From NCBI RefSeq assembly GCF_006345805.1, contig NC_043005.1, positions 87,916,001 through 87,980,000 on the forward strand: DNA of 64,000 nucleotides, read 5' to 3'. This stretch comes from Octopus sinensis (Eukaryota). Position 1 is the stretch's first letter. The number at the start of each line of letters is the position of its first letter. A program made the translations under genes and the position numbers. Shown here one piece after another: positions 38,508 to 52,874 of this stretch. The notes beneath the pieces were generated by a model. The model was not told the DNA's origin and ran no database searches. It saw only the letters and a list, made by a program, of their open reading frames with translations.

Positions 38508-38668
38508 AAGCGCAGGAGTGGCTATGTGGTAAGAAGCTTCCTTCCCAATCACATAGTTCCGGGTTCAGTCCACTGTGTGAACTCTGGGCAAGTGTGTTCT
38601 ACTATAGCCTCAGGCCAACCAAAGTCTTGTGAGTGGATTTGGTAGACGGAAACTGGAAGAAGCCCGTC
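38508..38668 (+). mobile_element. SINE family C head, followed by the large inverted element
   Basis: Head ends at GAAGAAGCCCGTC then (TA)n. A matching tail lies at 41260-41470. Confidence 0.8.
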
Positions 38669-38789
38669 TTATATATATATATAATATATATATATAAAAT
38701 ATTATTTGAGACAAAACCCACTATTTTGCAAAACAAACAAGGAAAGACTTAATCAATACATAAAATTTAATAAATAGTCAAAGAAACCG

Positions 38790-38832
38790 CCACTACAATC
38801 GTTTCTTGTCTTGATCGACAATCTTCAGGTGG
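38790..38832 (-). ncRNA. Minimal type I hammerhead ribozyme
   Basis: CCAC [CUGAAGA] UUGUC-gaucaa-GACAA [GAAA] CGAUU GUA GUGG. Helix III is the palindrome ACGAUUGU with a GU pair. Confidence 0.8.
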
Positions 38833-40858
38833 ACTTCCAATCTAAAAAATCAAAATTTTAAAATATAAAAATAATACTTTTAAATAATTAAAGTATAAAT
38901 GAAAAAATATAAGTATATAATCCATATATAACTATATATAATCCATATCGAGAATATAGACTAATTACCACGAATTCCCTAAAAAAACCATGATAAAACA
39001 AAACTCTTAAAAAACATATAACGATAAAATCTCCCTTTGCTAAACTCTATAACAAACCTATAAAGTAAACCCCCTAACCTAAACATTCACACACAAATAC
39101 ACACACGTAAACCACAGACTCACGACTTATACACACCTATACTAACTTATAAACCTCAATATACACCAAAACCCACTCCCTCCCCACACAGACAAATTAA
39201 CACATACATCCCAAAACCTAAATAAAACCCATATACACATTCACACACAAAACACACACTCACACGCAAAACACTCACACACAAAAGATACATATACTCC
39301 CTCACATATACGCCTATACATACTCACTAAACTCGACATATACAAACAATACTTACACACCACAAAAAACATTATATACATTTATGAGCTTTAACTCACC
39401 TAGCATCTCTAACAAACAACTTGCAGTAACCCAATCCCATTCTCTATACCTACCTCACTACTACACTATTCCATTCACATTCCAAGCAACGCTAGTCCAC
39501 CACCCGGTTATTCACGTGGCAAAACGAACACCACTCAAAAATTATGAATGAAACAATGTAAAAAAATAACCAACACCTAATTCTGGTTAATTACGATGTA
39601 TTTATTGTTGTTTTCATAAGAGTGTTTATGTATATGAGATTGGTTGTGAGTTTTTAATTGTATAATTAATTTATTTATCTGTATGAGTGTGGGTGTAAAT
39701 ATTGTTGTATTTATCGAGTTTTTAGTGAGTATGTATATGCGTATATGTGAGGGAGCATATGTATCTGTTGTGTATGTGTGTTTTGTGTGTGTGTGTGTTT
39801 GTGTTGTGAATGTGTATTTGGGTTTGTTATTTAGGATTTGGATGTATGTTAATTTGTCTGTGTGGGGAGGGAGTGGTTTTTGGTGTATATTGAGGTTTAT
39901 AAGTTAGTATAGGTTTGTGTATAAGTTTTGGGTCTGTGGTTTACGTGTGGGTTTTTTTTTTTTTTTTTTTTTTTTTTGGTGTGTGAATGTTTAGGTTAGG
40001 GGGATTGCTATATAAGTTTGTTATAGGGTTTAGCAAAGGGAGATTTTATCGTTATATGCTTTTATGAGTTTTGTTTATCATGGTTTTTTTAGGTAATTGT
40101 GGTATTTTGTCTATTTTAGGTGTTGGTTATTTTTTACATTGTTTCATTCATAATTTTTGAGTGGTGTTCGTTTTGCCACGTGAATAACAGGGTGGTGGAC
40201 TAGCGTTGCTTGGAATGTGAATGGAATAGTGTAGTAGTGAGGTAGGTATAGAGAATGGATTGGGTTACTGCAAGTTGTTTGTTAGAGATGCTAAGGTGAG
40301 TTAAAGCTCATAAATGTATATAATGTTTTTGTTGGGGTGTAAGTATTGTTGTATATGTCGAGGTTTAGTGAGTATGTATAGGCGTATATGTGAGGGAGTA
40401 TATGTATCTTTTTGTGTGAGTGTTTTGCGTGTGAGTGTGTGTTTTGTGTGTGAATGTGTATATGGTTTTGTTATTTAGGTTTTGGATGTATGTGTTAATT
40501 GTCTGTGTGGGGAGGGAGTGGGTTTTGGTGTAATTGAGGTTTATAAGTTAGTATAGTATGTGTATAAGTCGTGAGTCTGTGGTTTACGTGTGTGGATTTG
40601 TGTGTGAATGTTTAGGTTAGGGGTTTACTTTATAGGTTTGTTATAGAGTTTAGCAAAGGGAGATTATCGTTATATGTTTTTAAGAGTTTTGTTTATCATG
40701 GTTTTTTTTAGGGAATTCGTGGTAATTAGTCTATATTTTCGATATGGATTATATATAGGTTATATATGGATTATATACTTATATTTTTTCATTTATATTT
40801 AATTATTTAAAAGTATTATTTTTATATTTTAAAAATTTTGATTTTTTAGATTGGAAGT

Positions 40859-40900
40859 CCACCTGAAGATTTCGATCAAGACAAGAAACGATTGTAGTGG
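40859..40900 (+). ncRNA. Minimal type I hammerhead ribozyme (mirror copy)
   Basis: As 38790-38832, but one G is missing from helix II (UUUC instead of UUGUC). Confidence 0.7.
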
Positions 40901-41081
40901 CGGTTTCTTTGACTATTATTAAATTTTATGTATTGATTAAGTCTTTCCTTGTTTGTTTTGCAAAATAGTGGTTTTGTCTCAATAATATTTTATAATAATT
41001 TTACTATAAAATGGATTTAATCCTAAATTGATTTTTTTTTCCTGTAAATTTGGATATATTCCCTAATATTTATTATTATAT

Positions 41082-41115
<34 letters not shown>

Positions 41116-41259
41116 CATATATACATATACACGACGGGGTTCTTCCAGTTTTCGTCTTATACATGTATGTATGTATTATGTATGTATTATGTATGTATGT
41201 ATGTATGATGTATGTATGTATGTATGTGTGTATATATGTATGTATGCATGTATGTATGT

Positions 41260-41470
41260 ATTGGTGTGTCTATATTTGTCCCCCCACCATCTCTTGACAA
41301 CCAATGTTGATGTGTTTACATCTCCGAAACCTAGCGGTTCGGCAAAAGAGACTGATAGAATAAGTACTAGGCTTACAAAGAATAAATCCTGGGGTCGATC
41401 TGTTCTACTAAAATGATACTCCAGTATGGCCGCAGTCAAAATGACTAAAACAAGTAAAAGGAGTAAAGGA
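41260..41470 (+). mobile_element. SINE family C tail
   Basis: Homologous to 34430-34645. Confidence 0.8.
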
Positions 41471-41774
41471 GAATATATATATATATATATATATAGTTTA
41501 ATATTTCGCTTAGACATAGCAATACTAATAATCCGGTGTTAAAACACATTATATACACGTGCTTCGGGACAAATCGTCAGTTGAGTACAGAGAGGTTATA
41601 ACAAATTTTAACAACAAGGGAATAACATTTTCTCATGAAATTCAATACGTTACTGCTGTTTCTACTATAGGATGTACTGCACTCTTAGTTCAGTACTTGA
41701 GTATCATGTTATAGCTTAATCGGAGGATGGACATGAAGTGCAATTTCATGGAGGAAAACAATCAATACTGTGAG

Positions 41775-41920
41775 GCAAGTGTGTAGTAAGAAGCTTGCTT
41801 CCTAACCACATGATTCCTGCCTGGTACTCTTTAGGCAAGTGTTTTCTACTAAAGCTTCGGGCCGACCAGATCCTTGTAAATGGATTTGGGAGACGGAAAC
41901 TGAAAGAAGCCCGCCGTATA

Positions 41921-41925
<5 letters not shown>
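41775..41925 (+). mobile_element. SINE family C head
   Basis: GTAGTAAGAAGCTTGCTTCCTAACCACATG...GGAAACTGAAAGAAGCCC followed by (TG)n. Confidence 0.7.
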
Positions 41926-41960
<35 letters not shown>

Positions 41961-42239
41961 GTCATGTGAGTTTAAATCGATATATGACTGTTAGTGCTGA
42001 GTTTGGAGCTCTACGTAGATAATCAACTTGCTGTATACTTGTAGCATAATGGTTCGTCAGCCAATGTATTTAATAGTATTAATGGTCATGATAGACAGAG
42101 CAAATGTAGGCGAAATTATGATGAACAGGTGTTTATATCATTTGTTCGCTACATACGTTTCAAATACGTTGCGATTAAACACAATGGTGAAACGTACGTA
42201 GGTAACAAGTGACATAAACTTGTATTTATTATGATTTCC

Positions 42240-42650
42240 GAAACAAGACAGTCGAAATGGCCCGCAGGGCGTGCTCCTGGATCTTCAGGACTTGCCAGTC
42301 GAGAGGTGATCCAACCATTATACTTCTTTTTTTCCTACCTTCGTCCGCCCTTACCTTGAATACTGTTGTCCGCTATGGTCTCCCTACACGAGCCAGAATA
42401 CTAAAAAGCTTGAAGAACCCCAGAGATTAATTACAAAAACAAATTGATGGCATGTCTGCTTTTAATTACTGGGATCGGCTCGAGAATCTCATACTGTATT
42501 CTCTCCAGCGCCGCCGAGAGCGCTTTATTATTCGTATCATGTGGAAATTATTCCGACATTATTGCCCAAATGATATCAGTATCACTTTTAAACTCCACCC
42601 AAGGCTTGGTCCCCGTTCCACGCGTCCTCTACAGAAATCGTGCTATTAAG
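42240..42650 (+). mobile_element. CR1-clade LINE RT C-terminal fragment
   Basis: TFVRPYLEYCCPLWSPY...KLEEPQR..TK.IDGM...YWDRLE.L.LYSLQRRRERF.I..MWK. Confidence 0.85.
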
Positions 42651-42703
42651 TTAGCTATGGACTGGGGCCAATGTGGCCAAAACCTATCTAAGTGTATATA
42701 TAC

Positions 42704-42737
<34 letters not shown>

Positions 42738-42760
42738 ATGTGTGTGTGTGTGTGTGTGTG

Positions 42761-42981
42761 TATTCTGTTTTATTTGTTACTCGTCCAGGCATTTAACTGC
42801 GACCATGCTAGGGGCACCGCCTTGAAGGATATTTATTCGATTGAATCTACACCAGTGCTAATATTTTAAAAGACTGATACGTATTTCATCGGTCACTTTT
42901 GCCGAACTGCTAGGTGTCGGGGACGTAAGCACACCAATATCAGTTTCAAATTGGTGGTAGCGTAACAAAACCCAGACACAC

Positions 42982-43058
<77 letters not shown>

Positions 43059-43347
43059 GTACAATTTCTCCGTTTTTTCTGTCCTTGTTTTCGTATACAT
43101 TCGCTGGTTTCTTCCAAGGAATCTAATGATCTAAGCTTAGCTTTTCCTTGGGGTTGGCCAGATTGGAGCAATCTCGAGTATAACCAGCCAAAATTGCAAA
43201 GATACTCTGGAACTCGACTGAAGAAAGAAAACTCCGAGTGACCCGTCCTTGTTTTTTTTATCTTCTGTTTGAATGTTTTGTTGTCCCCTTTTTTGTACCA
43301 TTCAACTGTCTGGATGTTTTGCTTCTTTTCCCATTTTTGTTATTCCT

Positions 43348-43386
<39 letters not shown>

Positions 43387-43387
43387 T

Positions 43388-43419
<32 letters not shown>

Positions 43420-43425
43420 GTGTGT

Positions 43426-43457
<32 letters not shown>

Positions 43458-43677
43458 ATTCTGTTTTATTTGTTACTCGTCCAGGCATCCTTGAAGGAAT
43501 GATATTTTTCGAATGAATCTACACAGTGCTAATATTTTAAAAGACTGATACGTATTTCATCGGTCACTTTTGCCGAACTGCTAGGTGTCGGGGACGTAAG
43601 CACACCAATATCAGTTTCAAATTGGTGGTAGCGTAACAAAACCCAGACACACAGATAATATTTTATTATATATATAT

Positions 43678-43729
<52 letters not shown>

Positions 43730-44020
43730 TATGTACAATTTCTCGTTTTTTTCCTGTCCTTGTTTTCGTACATTCGCTGGTTTCTTCCAAGGAATCTAAT
43801 GATCTAAGCTTAGTTTTCCTTGGGGTGGCCAGATTGGAGCAATCTCGAGTATAACCAGCCAAAATTGCAAAGATACTCTGGAACTCGACTGAAGAAAGAA
43901 AAATCCGAGTGACCGTCCTTGTTTTTTTATCTTCTGTTTGAATGTTTTGTTGTCCCCTTTTTTGTACCATTCAACTGTCTGGATGTTTTGCTTTCTTTTC
44001 CCATTTGTTATTCCCTTATA
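42761..44020. repeat. Tandem duplication, period about 696 bp (SINE-C-like tail plus microsatellites plus unclassified repeat)
   Basis: Units start at 42761 and 43457. They differ by one deletion of about 29 bp and many small indels. Confidence 0.9.
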
Positions 44021-44023
44021 TAC

Positions 44024-44088
<65 letters not shown>

Positions 44089-44135
44089 GTGTGTGTGTGT
44101 TGTAAAAGTAAATATATAATATGTGTGTGTAAAAG

Positions 44136-44176
<41 letters not shown>

Positions 44177-45212
44177 TTCTGTCTAGCAAAAGCGTGTGGT
44201 TGAGAATCACAATATAATTGTGCTAAGGAAGTCAATACTCGGGTAATTATCCTATCATACGCTTTCACCTTTCGTCGCCAATTACCAGTCCTTGCAGAGT
44301 AGCTCTAACATGGTTGATGTTCGTCCGTACATCAGCGGCAGCGAAAACCATCAACCACAACCCTTTTCTCGATCCTCACCCCAAACATGAATCTATTACC
44401 AAAACAAAAAAAAATAAAATATAACACATTAACATGAACCAACTACAGATAGAACTCTGTACGCCAAGGAATTAAAATCACTGCTCAAACATAAAAAAAA
44501 AAAAATACAAAACACCTTAGAATACAATGCATTACTGCAAATCAAGAAATTCATTTAATAATTTCTAATTAGAAAATGCTGATGACGAATAAAGAAAAAA
44601 ATATACATATATAATTCATTTGGGAATTGTTCAACACATTAGAAGTATATGGTGGTGTTGAATATAAAGTGAGCCAAAATTAGTTTCCGTCCATTGAAAT
44701 AAATGTGGTTTGTCTTAGAAAATAATTATTATGCTTAGAGTTCAGGGTCAAAACAAGAACTCATTTCACAGTTCCCTGGCAAGTTTATTATACAAAGAAT
44801 TTTGATGATCGTTTAGCTTTATATTGTTATTGTCTTTCATTGGTGGTGTTCTTTTTAGGGTGTTTTTGTTCGTTTTGTCGCTTTTGTTGTTTTTGTTTTA
44901 TTTCGTCTTCTTTGTTTTGTCTTTAGAAACGGAGTTTCGTGGTAAAATGTTTCCAGTAATTATCAGAGTTGTGAGAAATGTAGCAATTAAGTGCTGCAAT
45001 TAAATGATGACATCTTTTTTTTTATAATCTTTTGATTTAAATTCTTACCTTCAAGTGGCTTCTCTTTACATACACACATATCTGTATGCGTTATATATAT
45101 ACATATAATAAAGGTGGCTTTTTTCTAATTTATATATATATATGTGCGTGTGTGTGTGTGCGCGTGTATGTGTATGTGTATATATGCATATATGTGTGCG
45201 TATATATATATA

Positions 45213-45585
45213 CTAGCAGTATCGCCCGGCGTTGCTCGGGTTTGAAGGGAATTAACTATAAAGCATTTTTAGAGAGTTATAGGCCAAATTAGCAAAAAAA
45301 TGGAAAAAATGATGTAAATTTTTTTGAGATTTAAAAAAGGTGGAGTTGCGTCCCCTAGACAGTTTTGCGGTTTGAGTTTCTCATTCCGACCCCATGTCGA
45401 ATTTATCGATTTTTTTCAGAACTGGGGGAACTTTTCAAAATTTTCGCTGCGTTAGTTTTGATATGACATTGGGCTATGTGTGTGTCAGTTTCATCAGAAT
45501 CGGTTGAAAGCCGTGGTCAGGGTGAGGGTACGAGAAAACAGACACACAGAAACACACACGACAAACTGCCGTTTATATAGAGAGA
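45213..45585 (-). mobile_element. Non-autonomous Helitron
   Basis: The minus strand starts TCTCTCTATATAAAC and ends with a CCCG..CGGG hairpin then CTAG, inserted between A and T. Confidence 0.7.
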
Positions 45586-46464
45586 TATATATATATGAAT
45601 ATATATGTATAAACATATATATATATATGTATACATATATATGTGTGTCTGTGTATATATATATATATATATATGCACACACTGACACACACATAAATAT
45701 GCATGTAAATATGCATAGATGTGTATATATACCTATATTCATATCTTTATAGACATATACACACATCTACATACACTTTTACATACATCCCAGGATGTAC
45801 AGTGTTAAAATCTAGGCCATGCCATGTCCGTAATATACAAATATATTGATACAAATATTACATACGCACCCATGTAATCAGCAAACACCCGCACATACAT
45901 ACGCAACCATAATCACACAACACGACAGCATTAAAGTTTATATATAGATAATCCAGACTAATATTAAAGTTTTACAAATAGCAACTAAATCCTTTCTCAT
46001 AGTTTTAATCTTCTTACAATATTTCACTTTACAATAATCTGTTTCACATTTTCCGGCAACCTTTCGGCCTTCTCTGCTTTCGTATAAGCATTGCTGTGTT
46101 TTAATGTCTATTCCGTAGGTAGTTCTTTCTGTATTGATGTGTCTTTTTCAACTAAACTGTTGCGCTGTCAGATGCGTATTTCTGTTCACTCTGTCGGTTT
46201 ATGGTAAGCTACCTTCAAAGGAATCTGTCACCGGAATCAAAATTCCTTTGTTTACTTCAATATGTACTATGTGTGTAAACTGACCAGTTTGAACTAAAGA
46301 ATTAAAGGCGCATTAGTTGAATTTATCTGACCATTACTTACGACTGCACTTCATAGCAATGCAACTTCCCTTCTGTAAAATATGGACATATTTAAAAGAA
46401 AAATCCCCGCGAGAGCCTCTGTGCTGTCACTCAATCTCCTATAAATATCAACCAGCAACAGATA

Positions 46465-46782
46465 ACTGATCCTCCGTCAGTTGCGACGACCAATGTTCCA
46501 GCTGATCCGATCAACGGAACAGTCTGCTCGAAAATTAACGTGGCTGAGCACTCCACAGACACGTGCACTCTTAACGTAGTTCTAAGCGAAATTCAGCGTG
46601 ACACAATGTGACAAGGCTGTCCTTTCGATATACAGGTTCAAATCATTTTTACCAGTTGAATGGACTGGAGCAACTTGAAATAAAGTGTCGTGGTCAAAGA
46701 CACATTGCGCTGCCTGGAATCGAACTCATGACCTTACGATCGTGAACTGAATACCATAAACACTAAAGCACGCGCTTTCACA
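46465..46782 (-). mobile_element. SINE family D
   Basis: Homologous to the 26765 and 30290 copies. B-box-like GAGTTCGATTCC on the minus strand. Confidence 0.8.
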
Positions 46783-46807
46783 AATCCAGCAACACTGACA
46801 TCTTTAA

Positions 46808-47576
46808 CCCATTCATGCCGATCGTCCGTTTAAACTGACCCTTAATTTATAAGAGTACTAGCAGCTAAACCCGGTTTCACCCGGTCTGTTTGGATAATGT
46901 GGCTGTGATCGTTTTTGGTTAGGCATATGTGAATGAAAATTCAGTTCAGATGTGTACATGGTAGCTAGACCTGGTAGAAATAGCAGCCAAATCTCCCTCA
47001 AAGCACCCTACTGTCTTAATCCAACAATTCTGCCTATTATATAGCTTGAATGAGAAACTATAACTAAAGATTAAGATTATTAACCCCTCAAAGAGATGAA
47101 AGAAGAGAGAAAGCATAGTGAAAGTTTTGGCTGACTGTCACCCTGTACTCCCCTTGTTGCCGACAGTGTGAGCAACTGGTTGTTTTAATGGCAGAAAGTT
47201 TTAATCGTTTTTCTCAATAAGTATGGGGGCTAGGGAAAAAATAGAAACTGCATTCCAATCTATGCATCCATCTCCATATGTGTGCCATTCTTCACGCGAA
47301 TTCACCCAGCCGTTTGGCTATGAACTTCAAGACAAGAAAGAATGCAATGATCACCCATGTCCAATTTATATATTAGATAAAACAAATACTTGACACAAAT
47401 ATTGATTTCTGTATGATCTGTATCAAACAATGAAACATGTTCTTAACGCGTATGCTGTCTGTATCAAATGGATTTCAATGAAAATTTTTTTTTTCAGTTG
47501 ATATTTAGGTCAAAATAATAGTCTCTGTGAATTTTCAGGCAATTTCATTCACTAGAAAAATTTCGGTACGAATGGG
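46808..47576. mobile_element. piggyBac-type MITE with nested insertion
   Basis: TTAA at 46804-46807 and 47577-47580. TIRs CCCATTCATGCCG / CGGTACGAATGGG (11 of 13 match). Confidence 0.65.
46858..47377 (-). mobile_element. Non-autonomous Helitron nested in the piggyBac MITE
   Basis: The minus strand starts TCTAATATATAAA and ends in a weak CCGG hairpin then CTAG|T. The plus strand starts TACTAGCAG, as at 45211. Confidence 0.5.
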
Positions 47577-47870
47577 TTAATGACATTTCTTGAAACAAAG
47601 AAATTTCTTCACGGTTTTATGAACCAAAAGTTTGGATTTCTTTAATCGATGATTCGTGAACTTTGCGCTAAGAAGTGTGTCTTATTGCTCGGTAAGATTT
47701 ATCCAGCGCAGAGTAAAGCTTTTTAAAATATAATTTACGGTGCAACAAAATGAATCTAATACTTCACCGTCTTGAAGATGTGTTGCTTAAAATGTTGCCA
47801 TGCATATAAGGTTTGCAATCGTTTCCTGTATTCCCTTATTATTTTAAATCTAAATTTACATGTATATATA

Positions 47871-47987
<117 letters not shown>

Positions 47988-48017
47988 AATGTATATTATA
48001 GATGTATATATATATAT

Positions 48018-48072
<55 letters not shown>

Positions 48073-48073
<1 letters not shown>

Positions 48074-49350
48074 GAGGGACGTTCAATAAGTAATGCCTCT
48101 GACCCACTTGCAGTTGTTTGATCTAGCTGGAATTTTGCATGTGCAATTATGTATTTCTCTACAGAGTAAGTGGCAAATTACACCTCTGAATTAATTGTGG
48201 TTTCTGATTTACAGGTGTTTGAACCGAGTCAAGTGTGAAATGGAGCCTGTTGAGTGTCGAGCAGTGATCCGGTTTTTGTATTTGAAAGGACGCACACCAC
48301 GGGAGACTTTTGATGAAATGAAAGTAACTTATGGTGATGATGCCCCATCATATGACCTTGTAAAACGCTGGCATCGTGAATTCAAACATGGTCGGAACTC
48401 TGTGGAAACAGCTCCCAGATCTGGTCGCCCCCTTCTGCCATTGATGAGGCATCTGTCCGTCAAGTTGAGGCTGCCATTTTGGAAGATCGACGCATAATTA
48501 TTCGCCAAATAGCCCATGAGGTCAAGATTAGTACCGGGTCTGTGGAAACTATCATTCATGCAAAACGTGTCTGCCAGATGGATTCCCAGGTTGCTCACGC
48601 CTTTCCAGGAGCAAGAACGCGTCGAGTGCTCGAGGGTGAATTTGGAGATGTGCCAAGAAGATGAGTCAAAATTTTTCAAAAGACTGATTACATAGGATGA
48701 AACCTGGGTCCATCACGATGATCCAGAGACCAAAGCCCAGTCAATGCAGTGGAAGCACCGTGACTCACCCCCTCCAAAGAAGGCAAGGGTGCAGCCCTCC
48801 GCTGGCAAGGTCATGCTCACAGTCTTCTGGGACCAGGACGGAGTAGTGATGACAGATTTCCTGGTAAAGGGTACCACAATTGCAGGAGCCTATTATGTTT
48901 CACTTTTTTAGGAAATTAAGAGAAGTTATCAAAATCAAGAGGCGGGGCAAGATCAGCAAAGGCATCCTCCTCCTGTAGGACAACGCTCCGGTCCACAACT
49001 CGCTTGTCGCCAAATCAGAAGCACAGGCGTATGGCTATGAAGTCCTCACCATCCCCTCTACTTTCCTGACCTTGCACCCTCTGATTTTCACCTCTTCCCA
49101 ATCATGAAGTTGTTTTTGAAAGGAAAGCGTTTCCCAGATGATGCAGCCTTGATTTCTGAAGTTACGTTGAGGTTGGAGGACCAAGCTGGGTTCTTCTACA
49201 AAAACGGTCTCCAGAGCCGCATCAAACGATGGGAGAAATGCGTAACTCTGGGTGGTTCCTATGTAGAAAAAGACTAATAACTGTGCCAAGTTTCGTTGCT
49301 CTACTGCTATGGGAAGTGGGTCAGGGGCATTACTTATTGAACGCCCCTCG
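48073..49350 (+). mobile_element. Full-length mariner DNA transposon (1278 bp) in (TA)n
   Basis: 37-bp TIRs CGAGGG(A/G)CGTTCAATAAGTAATGCC(T/C)CTGACCCACTT with 2 mismatches. TA on both sides. Confidence 0.95.
48240..49277 (+). pseudogene. Mariner DD34D transposase pseudogene (probably irritans-like)
   Basis: MEPVECRAVIRFL...PRSGRP, WIPRLL, DETW, GKVMLTVFWD, DNAP, PDLAPSDFHLF, RWEKCV..GGSYVEKD*. It has frameshifts, small deletions and in-frame TAGs near 48691 and 48976. Confidence 0.9.
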
Positions 49351-50009
49351 TATATATATATATATAATATATATATATATATATTATATATATATATATA
49401 CTAGCAGAGAGTTGCATGCAAAAAGATAATAAATAATGAAAGATTCCATTTGAAGTGCGACGATGGTTCTTTTTATTTTTCTTTCTTTATTTGATCTTGG
49501 GTGAACGACAAAGTGAAAAGCTTGACAAGCAACAGTTTTCGGGTTGTTAGGGAGGAAAGAAAAACCTTCGATAAATCATATTTTATTCAAATAAGAAAGA
49601 GAACTGATGACGATTTCAAATTTGTCCATGAGTTTATAGGTCAATGTCATTAGTAAAGAATTTAGGAGGTGAGTATCGTTGTATCTCTAGTACAATGTCT
49701 CATTGGGATGGTTATTCGGTTTCCATGGCGTAAAAGTGATCCAGATCTCAAGATTACCCATGGATAGGATGCTAGTCCATTGCAGGGTAACTCATTTACA
49801 GCTGAGTGGACTGTAGCAACGTGAGATGAAACGCTTTGCTTTATTCTGGGATTGAAACCGTGATCTTGCGATTGTGAGCGCAGGATTTTGTCCACAAGAG
49901 TACGCGCCTTCATTCGAATGGTTAAGCACAATATCTAACGACAGAAGAAGAACTTGTTGCGTGAAGAAGTATTGAATAGAGAGGATATGCTTGTTGGTTC
50001 ACGGATAAA

Positions 50010-50300
50010 ATAATCTATTGGCCCGGATCTCCGTCGGTTACGACTACGTGTGTTCCAGTTAAGCTGATCAAAGGAACGGCCTGGGCATGAAATCAACGTG
50101 AAAGTGGCTGAGCCCTCCACATATAGCGTACCTTTAACTTGGCCGTTTGAATTACAGGTACAATGCATTCTTGCCAGCTGAGTGAACCGGGACAATATGA
50201 GATAAATTATCTTGCTCAGGGACTGAACGCTCCGCCGGGAATTGAACACCTGGCCGGACGATCTTAAGCTAAATACACTAACCTCTAAGCCAAACGCTTA
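50010..50300 (-). mobile_element. Decayed SINE family D
   Basis: GCTGATCAAAGGAACGGCCTG...GAAATCAACGTG.AAGTGGCTGAGC block. Confidence 0.7.
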
Positions 50301-51639
50301 TTACTAGAAGGGGATATACGAAGCACTTCAAGTCAAAGTTATAGCGTGATGGTGAATGAATATTTTCCAATCACTAAAATGGCTTTATTTTACATACATA
50401 CGATGTACTCGTGGTAGGAACACTCGCGAGATACATCAGCAGTACTCTAACGCTGCCGTTGGATCTGCTTTCTGTAAGATCAGCGTTTGATCAAATTACT
50501 AACACTAAATTGGGAACTTAACCATTTGAATGGAAGGTTAGCAACGTTAGAAATATTATTTGAACTTTTACCGTCACTTAAGTTTCTAATACACTTTAGA
50601 GATATGCATCACAATCACATCGCATTTACCATTTCAGAATTCTTCCCTAAAAACTCAGTTCCTTGCTACCAAATAAATATAAAAAATTATGCTTGTTACT
50701 GACATTGCCGAATTCTCTTATTCCAAATTACAAAAATTATTTGAAAAATACACAGAACTGTATTGTTTCTACTTCTCGGATTTTCCCCTATCGCGGAGTT
50801 TTGGGAACGTAACACCTGCGATATTCGAAGGATTAATATATTGTCTCATAGCATCAAGATTTCGTTGATGTGATCGTTTAATTTTAGAATGGCATTGTAG
50901 GGTACGTGTAAGAAGGCAGAGGTGGACAGGCTGAACATTAAACATGTAGAATATTTAGGTTGGATATGGCCAGATTAAATGCAAAAGAGTTAAAAGGAGT
51001 GTTAAGACACCGAATGCTTGACGCACTTTATTTTATCAAAGCCGGAGGGATGGAAGACATAACTGGCCTTAGCTGGATTTGAACTCGGAACATAAAGAGC
51101 CGAAACAATACTGCAAAGCTCACAGCCTTAAGGATTTCTGATTCTGACAAAAGATCGGCAATTTTAAATGGAGTGCGGGTTAGCAAACAACTTCAACTCC
51201 AGTATTCTACTGGTGCTTTACCCTATCGACCCCGGGAGGATAAAAAGCTAAAGCTGACCTCGACGGGATTTCATCTCAGATCGGAAGGGACCGCAAAAGA
51301 ATTATCGCAAAGCATCTTTGCCGAAGCTGTAGCGATTGTGCCATCTCGCTGCACTTTACAAGGATTAAAAAAGAACGACCAGAAGTGAAATGTTTTTTCA
51401 CCATTGGTCTCTCAGACCAGTATTCACCTAGGACTGAATAGTAACAGTAGCGAAAATAAAAAACGAATTAACAATATTTTTTCTCAATCACTGATTGGAG
51501 AACAAAATTTAGTCGTTCAACTGAAACTAAACATTTTCCCGGCAATCCTATAGAATCGAATTGAAAACGGTTGATTAACTATTGTATTCAGTTTATTTAT
51601 TTCAGTAGAAATCATTGGCTATATATATATATATATATA

Positions 51640-52570
<931 letters not shown>

Positions 52571-52874
52571 TGAGAGAAAAGGTCGCCAGAATTTTGGAAA
52601 AGTCTTTATATTTCTTCATTATTACTAGCGCTTTGGTTCGTTTCTTGAACTTATCAAATAGAATTTTGTGAATGTTCAATACTGATGCAGAATTGAGAGC
52701 TTGCTTGGATCAATGTTTCGAGTAAAAATTGGGTGATATCTAACAACGAGTATTGAAAATCTTGATGAACAGTGGGGGAGAAGTTGTAAACAAAAAGGGT
52801 GAATACATTATTGATTAATTAGTTGTAATTTTTTTATTAAACCATGAAGAGAAAACGGCGGGAACTTAGTTGCC

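Larger units (their letters stand above)
38695..40995. mobile_element. 2.3-kb inverted structure (about 880-bp arms) with HHRs and an internal partial third copy
   Basis: 38695-39580 is the reverse complement of about 40116-40995, differing mainly by 1-nt indels. The spacer 39620-40113 is a diverged copy of about 40290-40735. Strong C/A versus G/T strand skew. Confidence 0.9.

Noticed and set aside
43220-43255. CUGAAGA..GAAA motif in the duplicated repeat (also about 43885)
   Set aside because: There is no helix II and helix III is not palindromic, so it is probably coincidental.
44269-44392. Minus-strand exon-like segment reading MVFAAADVRTNINHVRATLQGLVIGDE
   Set aside because: Short, with no recognised homology and a weak donor. 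It could not be linked to other exons.
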